Shown here: positions 1 through 10,271 of the stretch, piece after piece
Layout: every line of letters begins with the position of its first letter
Position numbering within the stretch: position 1 is the stretch's first letter
Assembly: GCA_902576605.1 (NCBI GenBank)
Contig: CACGVI010000005.1
Location: forward strand, 1-55,087
Direction: 5' to 3'
Source: an uncultured Candidatus Actinomarina sp.
GTDB lineage: Bacteria > Actinomycetota > Acidimicrobiia > Actinomarinales > Actinomarinaceae
Length of the DNA stretch: 55,087 bases
Translations under genes and position numbers: made by a program
The notes under the pieces: generated by a model
Database searches by the model: none
Told to the model about the DNA's origin: nothing
Seen by the model: the letters and a program-made list of their open reading frames with translations, nothing else

Positions 1-52
1 ATATAAGAAAAGGTATACATAGTGTTAAAAAAATATAGGTGAATTCACTCAA

Positions 53-430
53 TTGCATATGCTATTTACAATAATAGAAGTGTTGAAGAATATAATTAAA
101 AATAATAGTAGTCAAGCTTTTGCAGTTTCAATTCTATTCATGTTAATTGTGAGAATTATTTCAAACACATCAACATTTTTGTTTTCAGCAATTTTTGTTT
201 TTTCGTTTATTTCATATTTTTTAATGTTTACTCTTGCCATAGATGCACTTAAAAAAAATAAAATAATAGGGATTTACCTTTGTATAACAGTTTTTTTTAT
301 ACCTCCTAATATTTTTGAAGAATACAAGGGTCTATTATTTCCTGTTACATATCTCTCCCATTTTGCTTATCTAGGTTATTTAATTTCATTAGAATTGTTT
401 GATAAATGGAAAAAAAGTCATGAATTATGA
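53..430 (+). CDS. Hypothetical small membrane protein
   Basis: 125-aa ORF with several long hydrophobic stretches; no recognised motif; start codon uncertain. Confidence 0.55.
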   Translation: MHMLFTIIEVLKNIIKNNSSQAFAVSILFMLIVRIISNTSTFLFSAIFVFSFISYFLMFTLAIDALKKNKIIGIYLCITVFFIPPNIFEEYKGLLFPVTYLSHFAYLGYLISLELFDKWKKSHEL

Positions 431-460
431 AAAATACTCTTTGTACCCTAAAATGAAATA

Positions 461-3424
461 ATGAAACAGGGTGTGATAAAATTTTCTATTTTTGTTATTG
501 CATTTTTTGCAACAACTTTTTTAATTAATTCACAAAATGAACCTGCAATGGCATTTGAATTACCGACAAGTGTAACTCTCAACTGTGTAGACAATGCCGT
601 AGCACCCTTAAATAACTTAAAAGAAATTCAAACATTTCTAAGCTGTAATGGGTTTAACCCTGGTCCAATTGATGGTCTTAGTGGTTCTAGAACTGATGGA
701 GCAATTAAAAGCTTTCAAAAAACTGTAGGCCTTACAGCAGATGGTCAAGTGGGTCCTGCAACGAGACAAGCCATGAGAAGCTACAGTTCTGTTTCTTTCA
801 CATTCCAAGGGAGTGGTTGGGGTCATGGAGTTGGGCTTAGCCAGTATGGCTCAAAAGGATTGACTGAGCTAGGAGCTGATTTTTGTTCAAATACAAGTTC
901 ATGTAATTCTAATGAGGTTGTGACTTACTATTTTCAAGGTACTTCTGTAAAAAAATTGTCAGAAATTAGCTTATCCTCACCAGATATATCAACAAATAGT
1001 AATGCGCTATGGGTTGGATTAGCTCGAAATGCGAAATCAATAAGCTTGACTACTCTTCCTTCTTCAAGTCCTCCAACCTTATTTATATGCCAGGAAAACC
1101 TACCACAAGTAGCAGGGGTGCAAGCATTTCTTTCTTCAAGGGGTTTTGACCCAGGTACTGTAGATGGTGCATATGGTGATAGGACTGCTGATGCTCTTAA
1201 AAGTTATCAAGCTTCTGTCGGCATAGGTCAAACAGGAACAATAAATGATGAGACTTTAAACAAAATTAAGTCAGATGCAAATTCTGACGGACCATGTGAA
1301 TCAAACTTTGGTCCATTGAAAATATCTGGTGGTGCAACAATAAATATAATTTATTCGAATGGGAATTGCTACCTTACTGGACATCCTTTACTATCAAAAG
1401 TTCCTGCATCATGCAATATTGGAATTAGGTGGTCTGATGGTGGAAGAATCAGAGTTGGTCCAAGAGAACATAAACATGGGGTTCTCAAGTTAAGAAACAA
1501 AGGTGTATCAAGTGGCTTTCACGTTTCGTTAGCAGTGAATATTGAAAAATACCTTTACGGATTAGCTGAGATGCCATCACATTGGAATGTGAAAGCACTT
1601 GAAGCTCAAGCTTTAGTTGGTAGAAGCTATGCTGTCTTTCAGTATTTAAAACGTGATATTCCTTCTGAAAAAACCGATATTGATGCTGGATTATCAAGCA
1701 CTAGAAAAAGTTATTGCTGGTGCCATATCGGCTCTACAGCATCTAGTCAATATTATTATGGTTATCTTAAAGAAATTGCTGGACCTAACTGGGTACAAGC
1801 TGTAAATAATACCTCTGGAAAAGTTATAACGTATGATGGAGGATACACCGAGAGCACTGTTGTTCAAGCGTTTTATTCATCATCTACTGGTGGAAAAACA
1901 AATGATAATGTAGTTGGATTTGGTTCTGCTACTGCATGGCCATATTTAAAAACTGTTGATGATCCATGGTCAGTTGACAACAGAGTTGGAAATCCCAAAG
2001 CTGCGTGGTCATATGACTTCAGCTCTTATCAGCTATCAAAAAATATTCTTTGTGGTGAGACACCATGCTTTGATGCAGTTACAGATATTTATGTATCTTC
2101 TGTTTCAGAGTCTGGTGCTGCTTTACAGGTAACAATGAAAGGTTTTAAAAATGGCTCTGCTAAAACTGTAACTAAATCTGGTAGAAATATTAAATCACAA
2201 TTAGGGTTCACTTCTCATTATTTCAAAACTTCAAGTCAGTCTGATGTTTCGAATTTAAATATAGGGCCCATTACTGCAAATAATACCTCAACCGCTGCTG
2301 TTGAAAATTCATCAAGCTCAACAGGTGACACTCCACAGTATGCAACTTCTTCCAGTGGACTAAATTACTTATCAAAAGCAGGACTTTTGAATGTTTGTAA
2401 TGAAACATCAAGTGCATGTCAAGCAAAAACAATTTCAAGAGAAGAAGCTGCAGCAGTTGTATCTGTGGTTGGTGGAGTCTCTCTTGATGCACCAAATGCA
2501 TATAGTGATGATGATCAAAGTATTTACCAACAAGCAACTAATGCCTTGCCTTATTATGGAATGCAAATTTGTTTTGGTAGCCCATTTCAAATTCAACCAT
2601 CCGAAACTGTTTCTAGAGATGAACTTGCTTGTTTGCTTGTTAAATCTATAAGAGCTGGAACAACTGAAAATCTTAGTGGTTCAGTTGATAAGTATTCTGA
2701 TGAAGGTGCAAGTAAGTGGACAAATGAAATAAATGTACTTGCAGCAAACGATATAATGCCGGCATGTAGTGACTTAAGCGATAAATTTTGTCCAAGTCGA
2801 AAAATAACAATTGGAGAAGTTTCGTATATTGTCAATAAATTGGTTGAAAAATCACTTGTCCCAACATCAGTATTTGATGCTAATCCATTCCAGACAGGAT
2901 GGACAGCAAATGGTGGTGAAGTAACTGAAGCTTCATCAACAGCTGTTTCAAATCCTAATGCGGGTAATGACGCATGCATACCCCAAAACAACAGTTCTCT
3001 AGTTATCAATTCAACTTTAGACATTCAGCAATTTCTTTCCAACAATGGGTTTAATCCTGGACCAATTGATGGTCAATCTGGTCCAAAAACTAAAAACGCA
3101 ATTATTGCCTTCCAAAAAGAGAATGGACTTTTAGCAGACGGAATAGCTGGGAATAAAACTAAAGCTGCAATGAGGGCATATACAGGTTGTAAAAGTGAAA
3201 ATACTTGCATAGCAAGAGATAATAGATCAGCAAAACTTGACTCAATTTCTGATATTCAAACTTATCTAGCGAACAACGGATTTAATCCAGGAATTATTGA
3301 TGGAAAAATGGGATCCTATACCAGAGAAGCTATTAAAGCCTTCCAAAGAAAAGTTGGATTAATTCCAGATGGTGTCGCTGGGGCAAGAACTAAATCAGAG
3401 ATGAAATCATATACAGGCTGTTAG
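461..3424 (+). CDS. Secreted SpoIID/LytB-domain cell-wall protein with 4 peptidoglycan-binding domains and 3 SLH-like repeats
   Basis: N-terminal signal peptide; GSGWGHGVGLSQYG, EKYLYG.AEMP..W...ALEAQA..GRSYA and AFYSSSTGGKT SpoIID motifs; four Q.FL/YL...GF.PG..DG..G..T..A...FQ/YQ repeats; SLH-like TISREEAA, TVSRDELA, ITIGEVS. Confidence 0.85.
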   Translation: MKQGVIKFSIFVIAFFATTFLINSQNEPAMAFELPTSVTLNCVDNAVAPLNNLKEIQTFLSCNGFNPGPIDGLSGSRTDGAIKSFQKTVGLTADGQVGPATRQAMRSYSSVSFTFQGSGWGHGVGLSQYGSKGLTELGADFCSNTSSCNSNEVVTYYFQGTSVKKLSEISLSSPDISTNSNALWVGLARNAKSISLTTLPSSSPPTLFICQENLPQVAGVQAFLSSRGFDPGTVDGAYGDRTADALKSYQASVGIGQTGTINDETLNKIKSDANSDGPCESNFGPLKISGGATINIIYSNGNCYLTGHPLLSKVPASCNIGIRWSDGGRIRVGPREHKHGVLKLRNKGVSSGFHVSLAVNIEKYLYGLAEMPSHWNVKALEAQALVGRSYAVFQYLKRDIPSEKTDIDAGLSSTRKSYCWCHIGSTASSQYYYGYLKEIAGPNWVQAVNNTSGKVITYDGGYTESTVVQAFYSSSTGGKTNDNVVGFGSATAWPYLKTVDDPWSVDNRVGNPKAAWSYDFSSYQLSKNILCGETPCFDAVTDIYVSSVSESGAALQVTMKGFKNGSAKTVTKSGRNIKSQLGFTSHYFKTSSQSDVSNLNIGPITANNTSTAAVENSSSSTGDTPQYATSSSGLNYLSKAGLLNVCNETSSACQAKTISREEAAAVVSVVGGVSLDAPNAYSDDDQSIYQQATNALPYYGMQICFGSPFQIQPSETVSRDELACLLVKSIRAGTTENLSGSVDKYSDEGASKWTNEINVLAANDIMPACSDLSDKFCPSRKITIGEVSYIVNKLVEKSLVPTSVFDANPFQTGWTANGGEVTEASSTAVSNPNAGNDACIPQNNSSLVINSTLDIQQFLSNNGFNPGPIDGQSGPKTKNAIIAFQKENGLLADGIAGNKTKAAMRAYTGCKSENTCIARDNRSAKLDSISDIQTYLANNGFNPGIIDGKMGSYTREAIKAFQRKVGLIPDGVAGARTKSEMKSYTGC

Positions 3425-5334
3425 CTAAGATAGTTTCTAATTTTTTCTCCAATAGATTCTGCATTAACCTTAAAAAACTCTGCTAAATCTTTTTCTGGTG
3501 CAGATTTACCAAAAGTCTGAACGCTAAAGGATTCTGTTATATTACCAATATAATCTGACCATCCTGCAGACTTACCTAACTCAATGGTAAAGATAAATTT
3601 ATTGTTATTTAATGACTTAGATATTTCAGGAGTTAATTTGTTTAGTATTGGAACGCTTACAATTTGAATTGAAAATTCTTTAAGCATTTCTTTTACTTCC
3701 AATGCTAAATTAACTTCTGAGCCGGATGCAAAAATAGTTAAATCCTTCCCTTTGGAAATGACAAAACCACCATTTAGAAAATCTGAATAGGTGACATCAT
3801 AATTTAAAAATTTCAAATTTTGTCTTGTCAGTGAAAGAGCTTTAGGATTTTTTGTATTAGAAAATAAATACTTATAAGCAAATATTGTTTCAATACTGTT
3901 AGAAGGTCTTATAACATCTAGCCCTGGAATTAGCCTCAAAGACATGAGGTGTTCTATTGGTTGGTGTGTTGGGCCATCTTCTCCAAGATATATTGAATCA
4001 TGTGTAAATATATATGCAGAATTTAAATTCATTAGTGAAGCCAACCTGATGCTTGGACGCATGTAGTCTGAAAAGACTAAAAAAGTAGAACCGAAAGCAA
4101 ATAAATTGCTATGAAGACTTATTCCATTAACTACTGCAGCCATACTGTGTTCTCTAATTCCAAACTCAATATTTTGCCCACTTCTATTTTTACTTGTATA
4201 TGATTCATCACTAATTATTTGCTTAGTTGATGCAGCGAGATCAGCTGAACCCCCTAAAACAAATTTATTATCTAAACCAATCAACTTCATATAATTACCG
4301 CCAGTAACACGTGTAGCTGCATCTTGAATTTCAAAACTTTCTGGAAAATTTAATTCATTTTTTTCAAACTGTTCCCATAGTTTTTTAAATGATCCATCAT
4401 TTGTTAATTTATTATTTAAATTTGAATTCCATTTTTCAAAAGATTTATCATCTTCTAATCTTTTTTCAGCAAAATATTCATAAATATCATTACTATGCTC
4501 GAAAGGATCTCCTTCCCAGCCAATTTCTCCTAGAAATAATTGCATTTCCTCACTCCCTAAAGGAGCACCATGAATTGAGCTTGTATTTTGTTTATTTGGT
4601 GCAAATTTTCCAATTGTGCTTTTTGCTATTATTAAGGAAGGCTTGTTTATTTCTTTTTTTGATAAATCTATAGCATTTTCAATTTCTACTTCACTATGAC
4701 CGTCAACTTCTAAAACTTGCCACCCAACGGATTCGAATTTTTTCTTTTGATTAGTAATAGATACTTTGTCGACATTCCCATCTATAGAAATATTGTTGTC
4801 ATCAAATATATATATCAATTTTCCTAATTTCCATACTCCAGCTAACTCTGCAGCTTCAAAAGATATTCCTTCCATCAAATCTCCATCAGAGACTATGCCG
4901 TAAACATAATGATCAATAATGTCTTTTCCTAAAACTTCAGACAAATAGGACTCTGCTAAAGCTAGTCCAACTCCAGTTGCAAATCCTTGGCCAAGAGGTC
5001 CGGTAGTTATATCAATTCCTAATGAAGTTTCAACTTCAGGGTGACCAGCAGTTTTAGAATTTAGTTGTCTAAATTGCTTTATATCTTCAAGGGAAATATC
5101 AAATCCATTAAAATGAAGCAAACTATAAAGTAGCATCGAACCATGGCCTGCGCTTAAAACAAACCTATCCCTATTGATCCAGTTAGGTTGTTTATTTGAA
5201 ACTTTTAGCACATTTTTGAATAAGACTGTACCTACTTCTGCCATACCCATAGGCATTCCTGGATGTCCAGAGTTTGCTTTTTCTACAGAAGCTGCAGATA
5301 TGACTCGAATAGATTTTGTTACTTTATCAAACAT
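3421..5334 (-). CDS. tkt: Transketolase
   Basis: SGHPGMPMG, RDRFVLSAGHGS, TTGPLGQG, SDGDLMEG, FGIREH, THDSIYLGEDGPTHQP motifs. Confidence 0.97.
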   Translation of the reverse strand: MFDKVTKSIRVISAASVEKANSGHPGMPMGMAEVGTVLFKNVLKVSNKQPNWINRDRFVLSAGHGSMLLYSLLHFNGFDISLEDIKQFRQLNSKTAGHPEVETSLGIDITTGPLGQGFATGVGLALAESYLSEVLGKDIIDHYVYGIVSDGDLMEGISFEAAELAGVWKLGKLIYIFDDNNISIDGNVDKVSITNQKKKFESVGWQVLEVDGHSEVEIENAIDLSKKEINKPSLIIAKSTIGKFAPNKQNTSSIHGAPLGSEEMQLFLGEIGWEGDPFEHSNDIYEYFAEKRLEDDKSFEKWNSNLNNKLTNDGSFKKLWEQFEKNELNFPESFEIQDAATRVTGGNYMKLIGLDNKFVLGGSADLAASTKQIISDESYTSKNRSGQNIEFGIREHSMAAVVNGISLHSNLFAFGSTFLVFSDYMRPSIRLASLMNLNSAYIFTHDSIYLGEDGPTHQPIEHLMSLRLIPGLDVIRPSNSIETIFAYKYLFSNTKNPKALSLTRQNLKFLNYDVTYSDFLNGGFVISKGKDLTIFASGSEVNLALEVKEMLKEFSIQIVSVPILNKLTPEISKSLNNNKFIFTIELGKSAGWSDYIGNITESFSVQTFGKSAPEKDLAEFFKVNAESIGEKIRNYLS

Positions 5335-5354
5335 TGCTTTAAGTATATAAGAAT

Positions 5355-6983
5355 CTATACAGACGCAAAGGAATCTTTTGCATGGTATGAAGACCTAACT
5401 AAAGGACCAGATTCTACATGCGGTATTCCGAAAGACTCTCCTATAAGTTTATAATGTTCAAATTCTTCCTCCGGTGCGTATCTATCTATTGGTCGATGTT
5501 TTGCAGTAGGACGCAAATACTGCCCAATAGTTACAATATCAACATCTAATTTTGATATATCTCTTAACACAGATATTACTTCCTCTTTGCTCTCTCCCAT
5601 TCCAACAATTAAACCTGTTTTTGTTTTTCCTTCAAACCCCTGAGATTTTACATAATGCAATAAAGATAAGGATCTTCCATAAGATGCAGATGTTCGTATC
5701 TCTCTTTGCAGCCTTGGTACTGTTTCAAGATTATGATTGATTACTTCTGGTGAGGCTTCAATTATATTGTTAATTGCTGCTCTATCACCTTTAAAATCTG
5801 GTATCAAAACTTCTACATCACAACCATTATTAAATTTTTTGACTTCTCTTATTGTTTCTGCAAAAAATAAAGAACCACCATCGTTTAAATCATCTCTATT
5901 AACAGAAGTGATTACAGCATGTGAAAGTCCCATAGTATTAACACTTTCAGCTACTCTTTTTGGTTCTTCCCAATCTAAACTTCCAGGCTTTCCAGTTTTT
6001 ACATCACAAAACCCACAAGCCCTAGTACAAACATCACCCATAATCATAAATGTTGCAGTTCCCATAGACCAACATTCATATATATTAGGACATGAAGCCT
6101 CTTCACAAACTGTATTTAGCTTTTGTTCATTCAATAGATTTTTTAAAGATCTGTAATCATTTCCCAAATTAGCTTTAACTTTCATCCATTCAGGTCTTTT
6201 TGGCTCATTTGGTAAAACCCCTTTAATAGTTATTGGAATTCCTTTACTTGACGGTTTAAAAACTCCCTCTGCAACCATTTTGTCTATGTTGAACTCTTTT
6301 TTTGACTTAAGTTGTTTTGGTGTGAATTGTGAAAATTGCTCATCAACTTCTTTATATTTAAATAACTTTGAGAAATTTTTAGACACTATATGTGAAACTT
6401 CCTCAAAAGAAACTTCATTATTATAGTTTTGAATTGAGGTAATATTTTCTAACTCATTTCCACAAGGATTTATGAGCTGGAACCCTTCTAATTTATCAAA
6501 AATATTTAATGAAAAACCATGATACGTTGTCCACTTACTAACTTTTACCCCTATTGAAGCAATCTTTCCTTTTTCAGTCCAAACCCCGGTGTCATCTTCT
6601 TTAGTAAATGAATCTATAGATAATTCTTTTAGAGAATCGATTAAAGTGTTCTCAATCAATCTCACAAAAGGAATAACTTTTTTTGGATCTTCAAGTCTGA
6701 TAATTGGATATCCAATCAATTGACCTTCTCCGTGAAAAGTAATATCTCCACCTCTGTCCGTCTCGAAATAATCTATTTTCATTTCTTCTAAATAATCTAG
6801 TGAAACAAGTAAATTGCCTTCTTTTGATGTTCTTCCAGATGTGATTACATTGTCATGTTCAAGTAATAAAAGGTAGTCGTCATTTTCTAAGTTGTTTGAT
6901 ACAGATTTGTGTAAACCTAGTTGTAAATCATAAGCTTCAGAATATGAAAGTTTACCAAGCCACCTTATATTTAATTTTCTCAA
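5355..6983 (-). CDS. lipB-lipA: Fused octanoyltransferase (LipB) / lipoyl synthase (LipA)
   Basis: N-half LLLEH, DRGGDITFHGEGQL, KIASIG, HGFSLN, INPCG (LipB); C-half CEEASCPNIYEC, CTRACGFC, RSSYHA (LipA radical SAM). TTG start immediately after the E2 stop. Confidence 0.93.
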   Translation of the reverse strand: MRKLNIRWLGKLSYSEAYDLQLGLHKSVSNNLENDDYLLLLEHDNVITSGRTSKEGNLLVSLDYLEEMKIDYFETDRGGDITFHGEGQLIGYPIIRLEDPKKVIPFVRLIENTLIDSLKELSIDSFTKEDDTGVWTEKGKIASIGVKVSKWTTYHGFSLNIFDKLEGFQLINPCGNELENITSIQNYNNEVSFEEVSHIVSKNFSKLFKYKEVDEQFSQFTPKQLKSKKEFNIDKMVAEGVFKPSSKGIPITIKGVLPNEPKRPEWMKVKANLGNDYRSLKNLLNEQKLNTVCEEASCPNIYECWSMGTATFMIMGDVCTRACGFCDVKTGKPGSLDWEEPKRVAESVNTMGLSHAVITSVNRDDLNDGGSLFFAETIREVKKFNNGCDVEVLIPDFKGDRAAINNIIEASPEVINHNLETVPRLQREIRTSASYGRSLSLLHYVKSQGFEGKTKTGLIVGMGESKEEVISVLRDISKLDVDIVTIGQYLRPTAKHRPIDRYAPEEEFEHYKLIGESFGIPHVESGPLVRSSYHAKDSFASV

Positions 6984-6984
6984 A

Positions 6985-8259
6985 CTAGTTTAATTCCTGT
7001 GACCAGTCAGAGTTTTCTAATTTTTCTCTTATAGAATTTAAGAACAATAATGCAACTGAACCGTCAAAAGCTCTGTGATCCCATGTCAAACTTAACATTC
7101 CAGTATGCCTAATAGCTATAGAATCAGTGCCATCCTGTGCTTCAATAACTACTGGTCTTTTTTTAACTGACTCAGTAGACAATATTGCTACGTTTGGCTG
7201 ATTAATTATTGGAGAAGTTAAGAATGAATTGAATGAACCATTGTTAGAGATGGTAAATGTACTTCCCGAAACATCATCCAAATCATAAGATCCTTCTCTT
7301 AGCTTTGATGATGTATCGGATATTTTTCTTGCTAAACCTTTCAAGCTAAATGAATCTGCTTCACGAAGAGTTGCGACTAATAAGCCCTCTTGATTGAGGT
7401 CAACAGCTATACCTAAATTAATATTACTGTGAAAACTGTGGATATTTTTATCAAGGTCGAATGAACTATTTACAACGGGATACTCTCTTAAGGCATATAT
7501 TGTAGCTAGAGATATAAAAGGTAGATAAGTTAAAGAAAAACCATTCTCTTCTTTAAATGATTTTTTGTGCTTGCTTCTTAGTATTTCAACATTTTCATAG
7601 TCAACTTCGACAGAAGTCATTACATGAGCAGAAGTCTGTTTTGACATAATCATATTCTCAGCAATTCTTCTTCTTAATCTAGAAATTTCACCACTTGAAG
7701 GTTCGGCTGATTGTACTTGCTTCTCTTTTTGTTGGCTTGGTGCTTCTTTTGGTTTTTGAACAGTCTGACTTTCAGAAGTTATAAAACTCTCAATATCTTT
7801 CCTTGTAATCCTTCCACCTGATCCAGTACCGGTAACTTGCTCAAGATCTACATTGTTTTCAGTTGCTAATTTTCTAACAACAGGTGATAACTTTAAATTA
7901 GTACTTTTAACAACTGGAGAAGATCTGACTTCTTCAACTTCCACTTCAACAACTTCCTTGACTGGCTCGCTGACAGTTTCTACTTCGTTCGATGTTTTTT
8001 CGTTAACAGAGCTACCACTTGAATCTCCATCAAGTTCCAATAGAGATGCTCCAACTTCAACAGTCTCACCTTCTTCAACTAGAAGAGATGTGACCTGACC
8101 AGTAAAAGGAGATGGAACTTCAGTATCAACTTTATCAGTTGATATTTCTAGAATAGGATCATCTTCTTTTACCTCATCACCAACTTGAACTAGCCAGCGA
8201 AGTATTGTTCCTTCAGTTACCGTTTCACCCAATTGGGGCATAGTTACAATTTGACTCAT
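6985..8259 (-). CDS. 2-oxoacid dehydrogenase E2, dihydrolipoamide acyltransferase
   Basis: Single lipoyl domain (ISTDKVDTE), E3-binding domain (SPVVRKLA...GTGSGGRITRKD), catalytic WDHRAFDG. Confidence 0.93.
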   Translation of the reverse strand: MSQIVTMPQLGETVTEGTILRWLVQVGDEVKEDDPILEISTDKVDTEVPSPFTGQVTSLLVEEGETVEVGASLLELDGDSSGSSVNEKTSNEVETVSEPVKEVVEVEVEEVRSSPVVKSTNLKLSPVVRKLATENNVDLEQVTGTGSGGRITRKDIESFITSESQTVQKPKEAPSQQKEKQVQSAEPSSGEISRLRRRIAENMIMSKQTSAHVMTSVEVDYENVEILRSKHKKSFKEENGFSLTYLPFISLATIYALREYPVVNSSFDLDKNIHSFHSNINLGIAVDLNQEGLLVATLREADSFSLKGLARKISDTSSKLREGSYDLDDVSGSTFTISNNGSFNSFLTSPIINQPNVAILSTESVKKRPVVIEAQDGTDSIAIRHTGMLSLTWDHRAFDGSVALLFLNSIREKLENSDWSQELN

Positions 8260-8263
8260 GGTT

Positions 8264-10270
8264 TTATTGTAATTCTTTTATAGCTTTTATGACTTTTTCA
8301 GCACTCGGTATGAAAGCATCTTCAAGCACAGGAGCAAAAGGAATATGAGTATTTGGAGGTGTAACTTTAACAATTGGATTGTCTAAGTTCCAAAAACCTT
8401 TTTCAGCTACCATAGATGAAATTTCAGATGCCACTGATGAGAAAGGAACATCCTCTTGTAAAATGCACAAATTTGATGTTTTTTCAACAGAATGAAGAAT
8501 AATTTCTTCATCAAGTGGAACAATTGTTCTAATGTCAATAATCTCAACGGAAATGCCTTCCTTTTCTAATTCTTGAGCAGATTGTTCTGCTACTGAAACC
8601 ATTCCTGACCATGTAACAATTGTTATGTCTGAGCCTTCTTTGACTATTTTTCCCTTACCAATTTCAACTTCATATAGTCCAAGTGGCACATCCATTTTTA
8701 TGTCAGGTTTTCTATATAGTTTTTTATGCTCTAAATACATAACCGGGTTTGGATCATTCACAGCAGCTACCAAAAGTCCTTTTGCATCATATGGATTAGA
8801 TGGAGCAACTACCTTAATTCCAGGATGATGAGCTAACAATGATTCAGGACTTATTGAGTGAAATGGACCAGACCTTGTACCTGCTCCTGTTGGACCCCTT
8901 ACAACCATAGGGACAGCTTTTCCAGCTTTCCAATGATATTTTGCTGCTTCGGTTGTTATCTGATCAAGTGCTGGATATACAAAATCATAAAACTGTAACT
9001 CAACTATCGGCTTTTTACCTGCTAGAGCTGCTCCAACTGCTGCTCCAGTAAATCCTCCCTCTGAAATTGATGTATCTATAACTCTGAACGGTCCATATTT
9101 ATCAAAAAGACCTTTTGTTGCTTTAAACGCACCTTCAAAAACTCCAATATCTTCACCCATCATAAAAACGTTTTCATCATTTTCCATCAACTCATCTAGT
9201 CCGTTAGTAATTGCTTCAATGTAGTTCATTGTTTTTTTATTATCTTCACTATTTTCAATTTTCGGAGTCGTTCTTATAGCAAAAATATCTGCTTCCTCAT
9301 TATTTGGATCCGGATCATCTTGATTTTTTGCCCAATCTAATGTTTCTTTTATTTCGGTTTCTAACTCATCTGTTAAATTTATAAAATGTTCAGTTGTGAA
9401 TAATCCTTCCTCTAATAAGGAATCCTCAAATCTTGCAATGGGATCTCTTTTCATCCAAAAATCTCTTACTTCATCATTTACGTATTCAGCGGGATCGTGT
9501 CCTGCGTGACCATAATGACGAAAGGTGACTAATTCAATTAATGAAGGTCCGTTACCATTCCTAGCTTCTTCACACGAATCATGAATTGCATCTATTACTT
9601 CATATATATCATTTCCATCAATAATCTTTGCTGGAATTCCATAGCCAGCAGCTCTATCAGCTACATTAGGTGTACCAAATTCAGTATCATTTGGTGATGA
9701 ATAAGCAAACTGATTATTTTGAACAGTAAAAACTACAGGTAGATTTAGCACTGCAGCCATATTTACACTTTCGTGCCATGTACCTGTTGCAGTAGCTCCT
9801 TCACCACAGTTTGCAACAGCAACTACGCCGGAACCACTTTGTTGAGATGCTAAAGCCCAACCAACTGCTACAGGTGCTGAATCAGGTAGCGGGGAAACAA
9901 CCATCAAAGTGCCTTTATCAACAATACCAAAGTGGCTATTTCCATCTCGTCCTTTAGATGGACCATCATTTTTTCCATAGAAATTTAATGCAATTTCTTT
10001 AAGAGTTACGCCTTTTTTAATTTGAACACCAAGATCTCTGTGTGTTCCTCCAAATATATCTTTTGAATCCATACCAGCAGCAATTCCCGCCATACATGCT
10101 TCTTGACCAATTCCCGGATAAACTGCACCACTTAACTGTCCACCTTTGTACATTTTTAACAATCTATCCTCTAATAATCTTTGTGTTTTCATTGATTTGT
10201 AAATATCCCACAAAACTTCTTTTGAAAGTGTTGCTGAATAGCCTTGTCTAGTTATTTTTTCAATTTGCAT
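8264..10270 (-). CDS. 2-oxoacid dehydrogenase E1, fused alpha/beta subunits (branched-chain-like)
   Basis: GIGQEA, TPP motif GEGA...NNQFAYS, RHYGH (alpha); MGEDIG, DTSISE, GPFHS, YLEHKKLY (beta). Start moved to the ATG at 10270 just after the lpdA stop (ORF track gives 10291). Confidence 0.9.
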   Translation of the reverse strand: MQIEKITRQGYSATLSKEVLWDIYKSMKTQRLLEDRLLKMYKGGQLSGAVYPGIGQEACMAGIAAGMDSKDIFGGTHRDLGVQIKKGVTLKEIALNFYGKNDGPSKGRDGNSHFGIVDKGTLMVVSPLPDSAPVAVGWALASQQSGSGVVAVANCGEGATATGTWHESVNMAAVLNLPVVFTVQNNQFAYSSPNDTEFGTPNVADRAAGYGIPAKIIDGNDIYEVIDAIHDSCEEARNGNGPSLIELVTFRHYGHAGHDPAEYVNDEVRDFWMKRDPIARFEDSLLEEGLFTTEHFINLTDELETEIKETLDWAKNQDDPDPNNEEADIFAIRTTPKIENSEDNKKTMNYIEAITNGLDELMENDENVFMMGEDIGVFEGAFKATKGLFDKYGPFRVIDTSISEGGFTGAAVGAALAGKKPIVELQFYDFVYPALDQITTEAAKYHWKAGKAVPMVVRGPTGAGTRSGPFHSISPESLLAHHPGIKVVAPSNPYDAKGLLVAAVNDPNPVMYLEHKKLYRKPDIKMDVPLGLYEVEIGKGKIVKEGSDITIVTWSGMVSVAEQSAQELEKEGISVEIIDIRTIVPLDEEIILHSVEKTSNLCILQEDVPFSSVASEISSMVAEKGFWNLDNPIVKVTPPNTHIPFAPVLEDAFIPSAEKVIKAIKELQ

Positions 10271-10271
10271 A

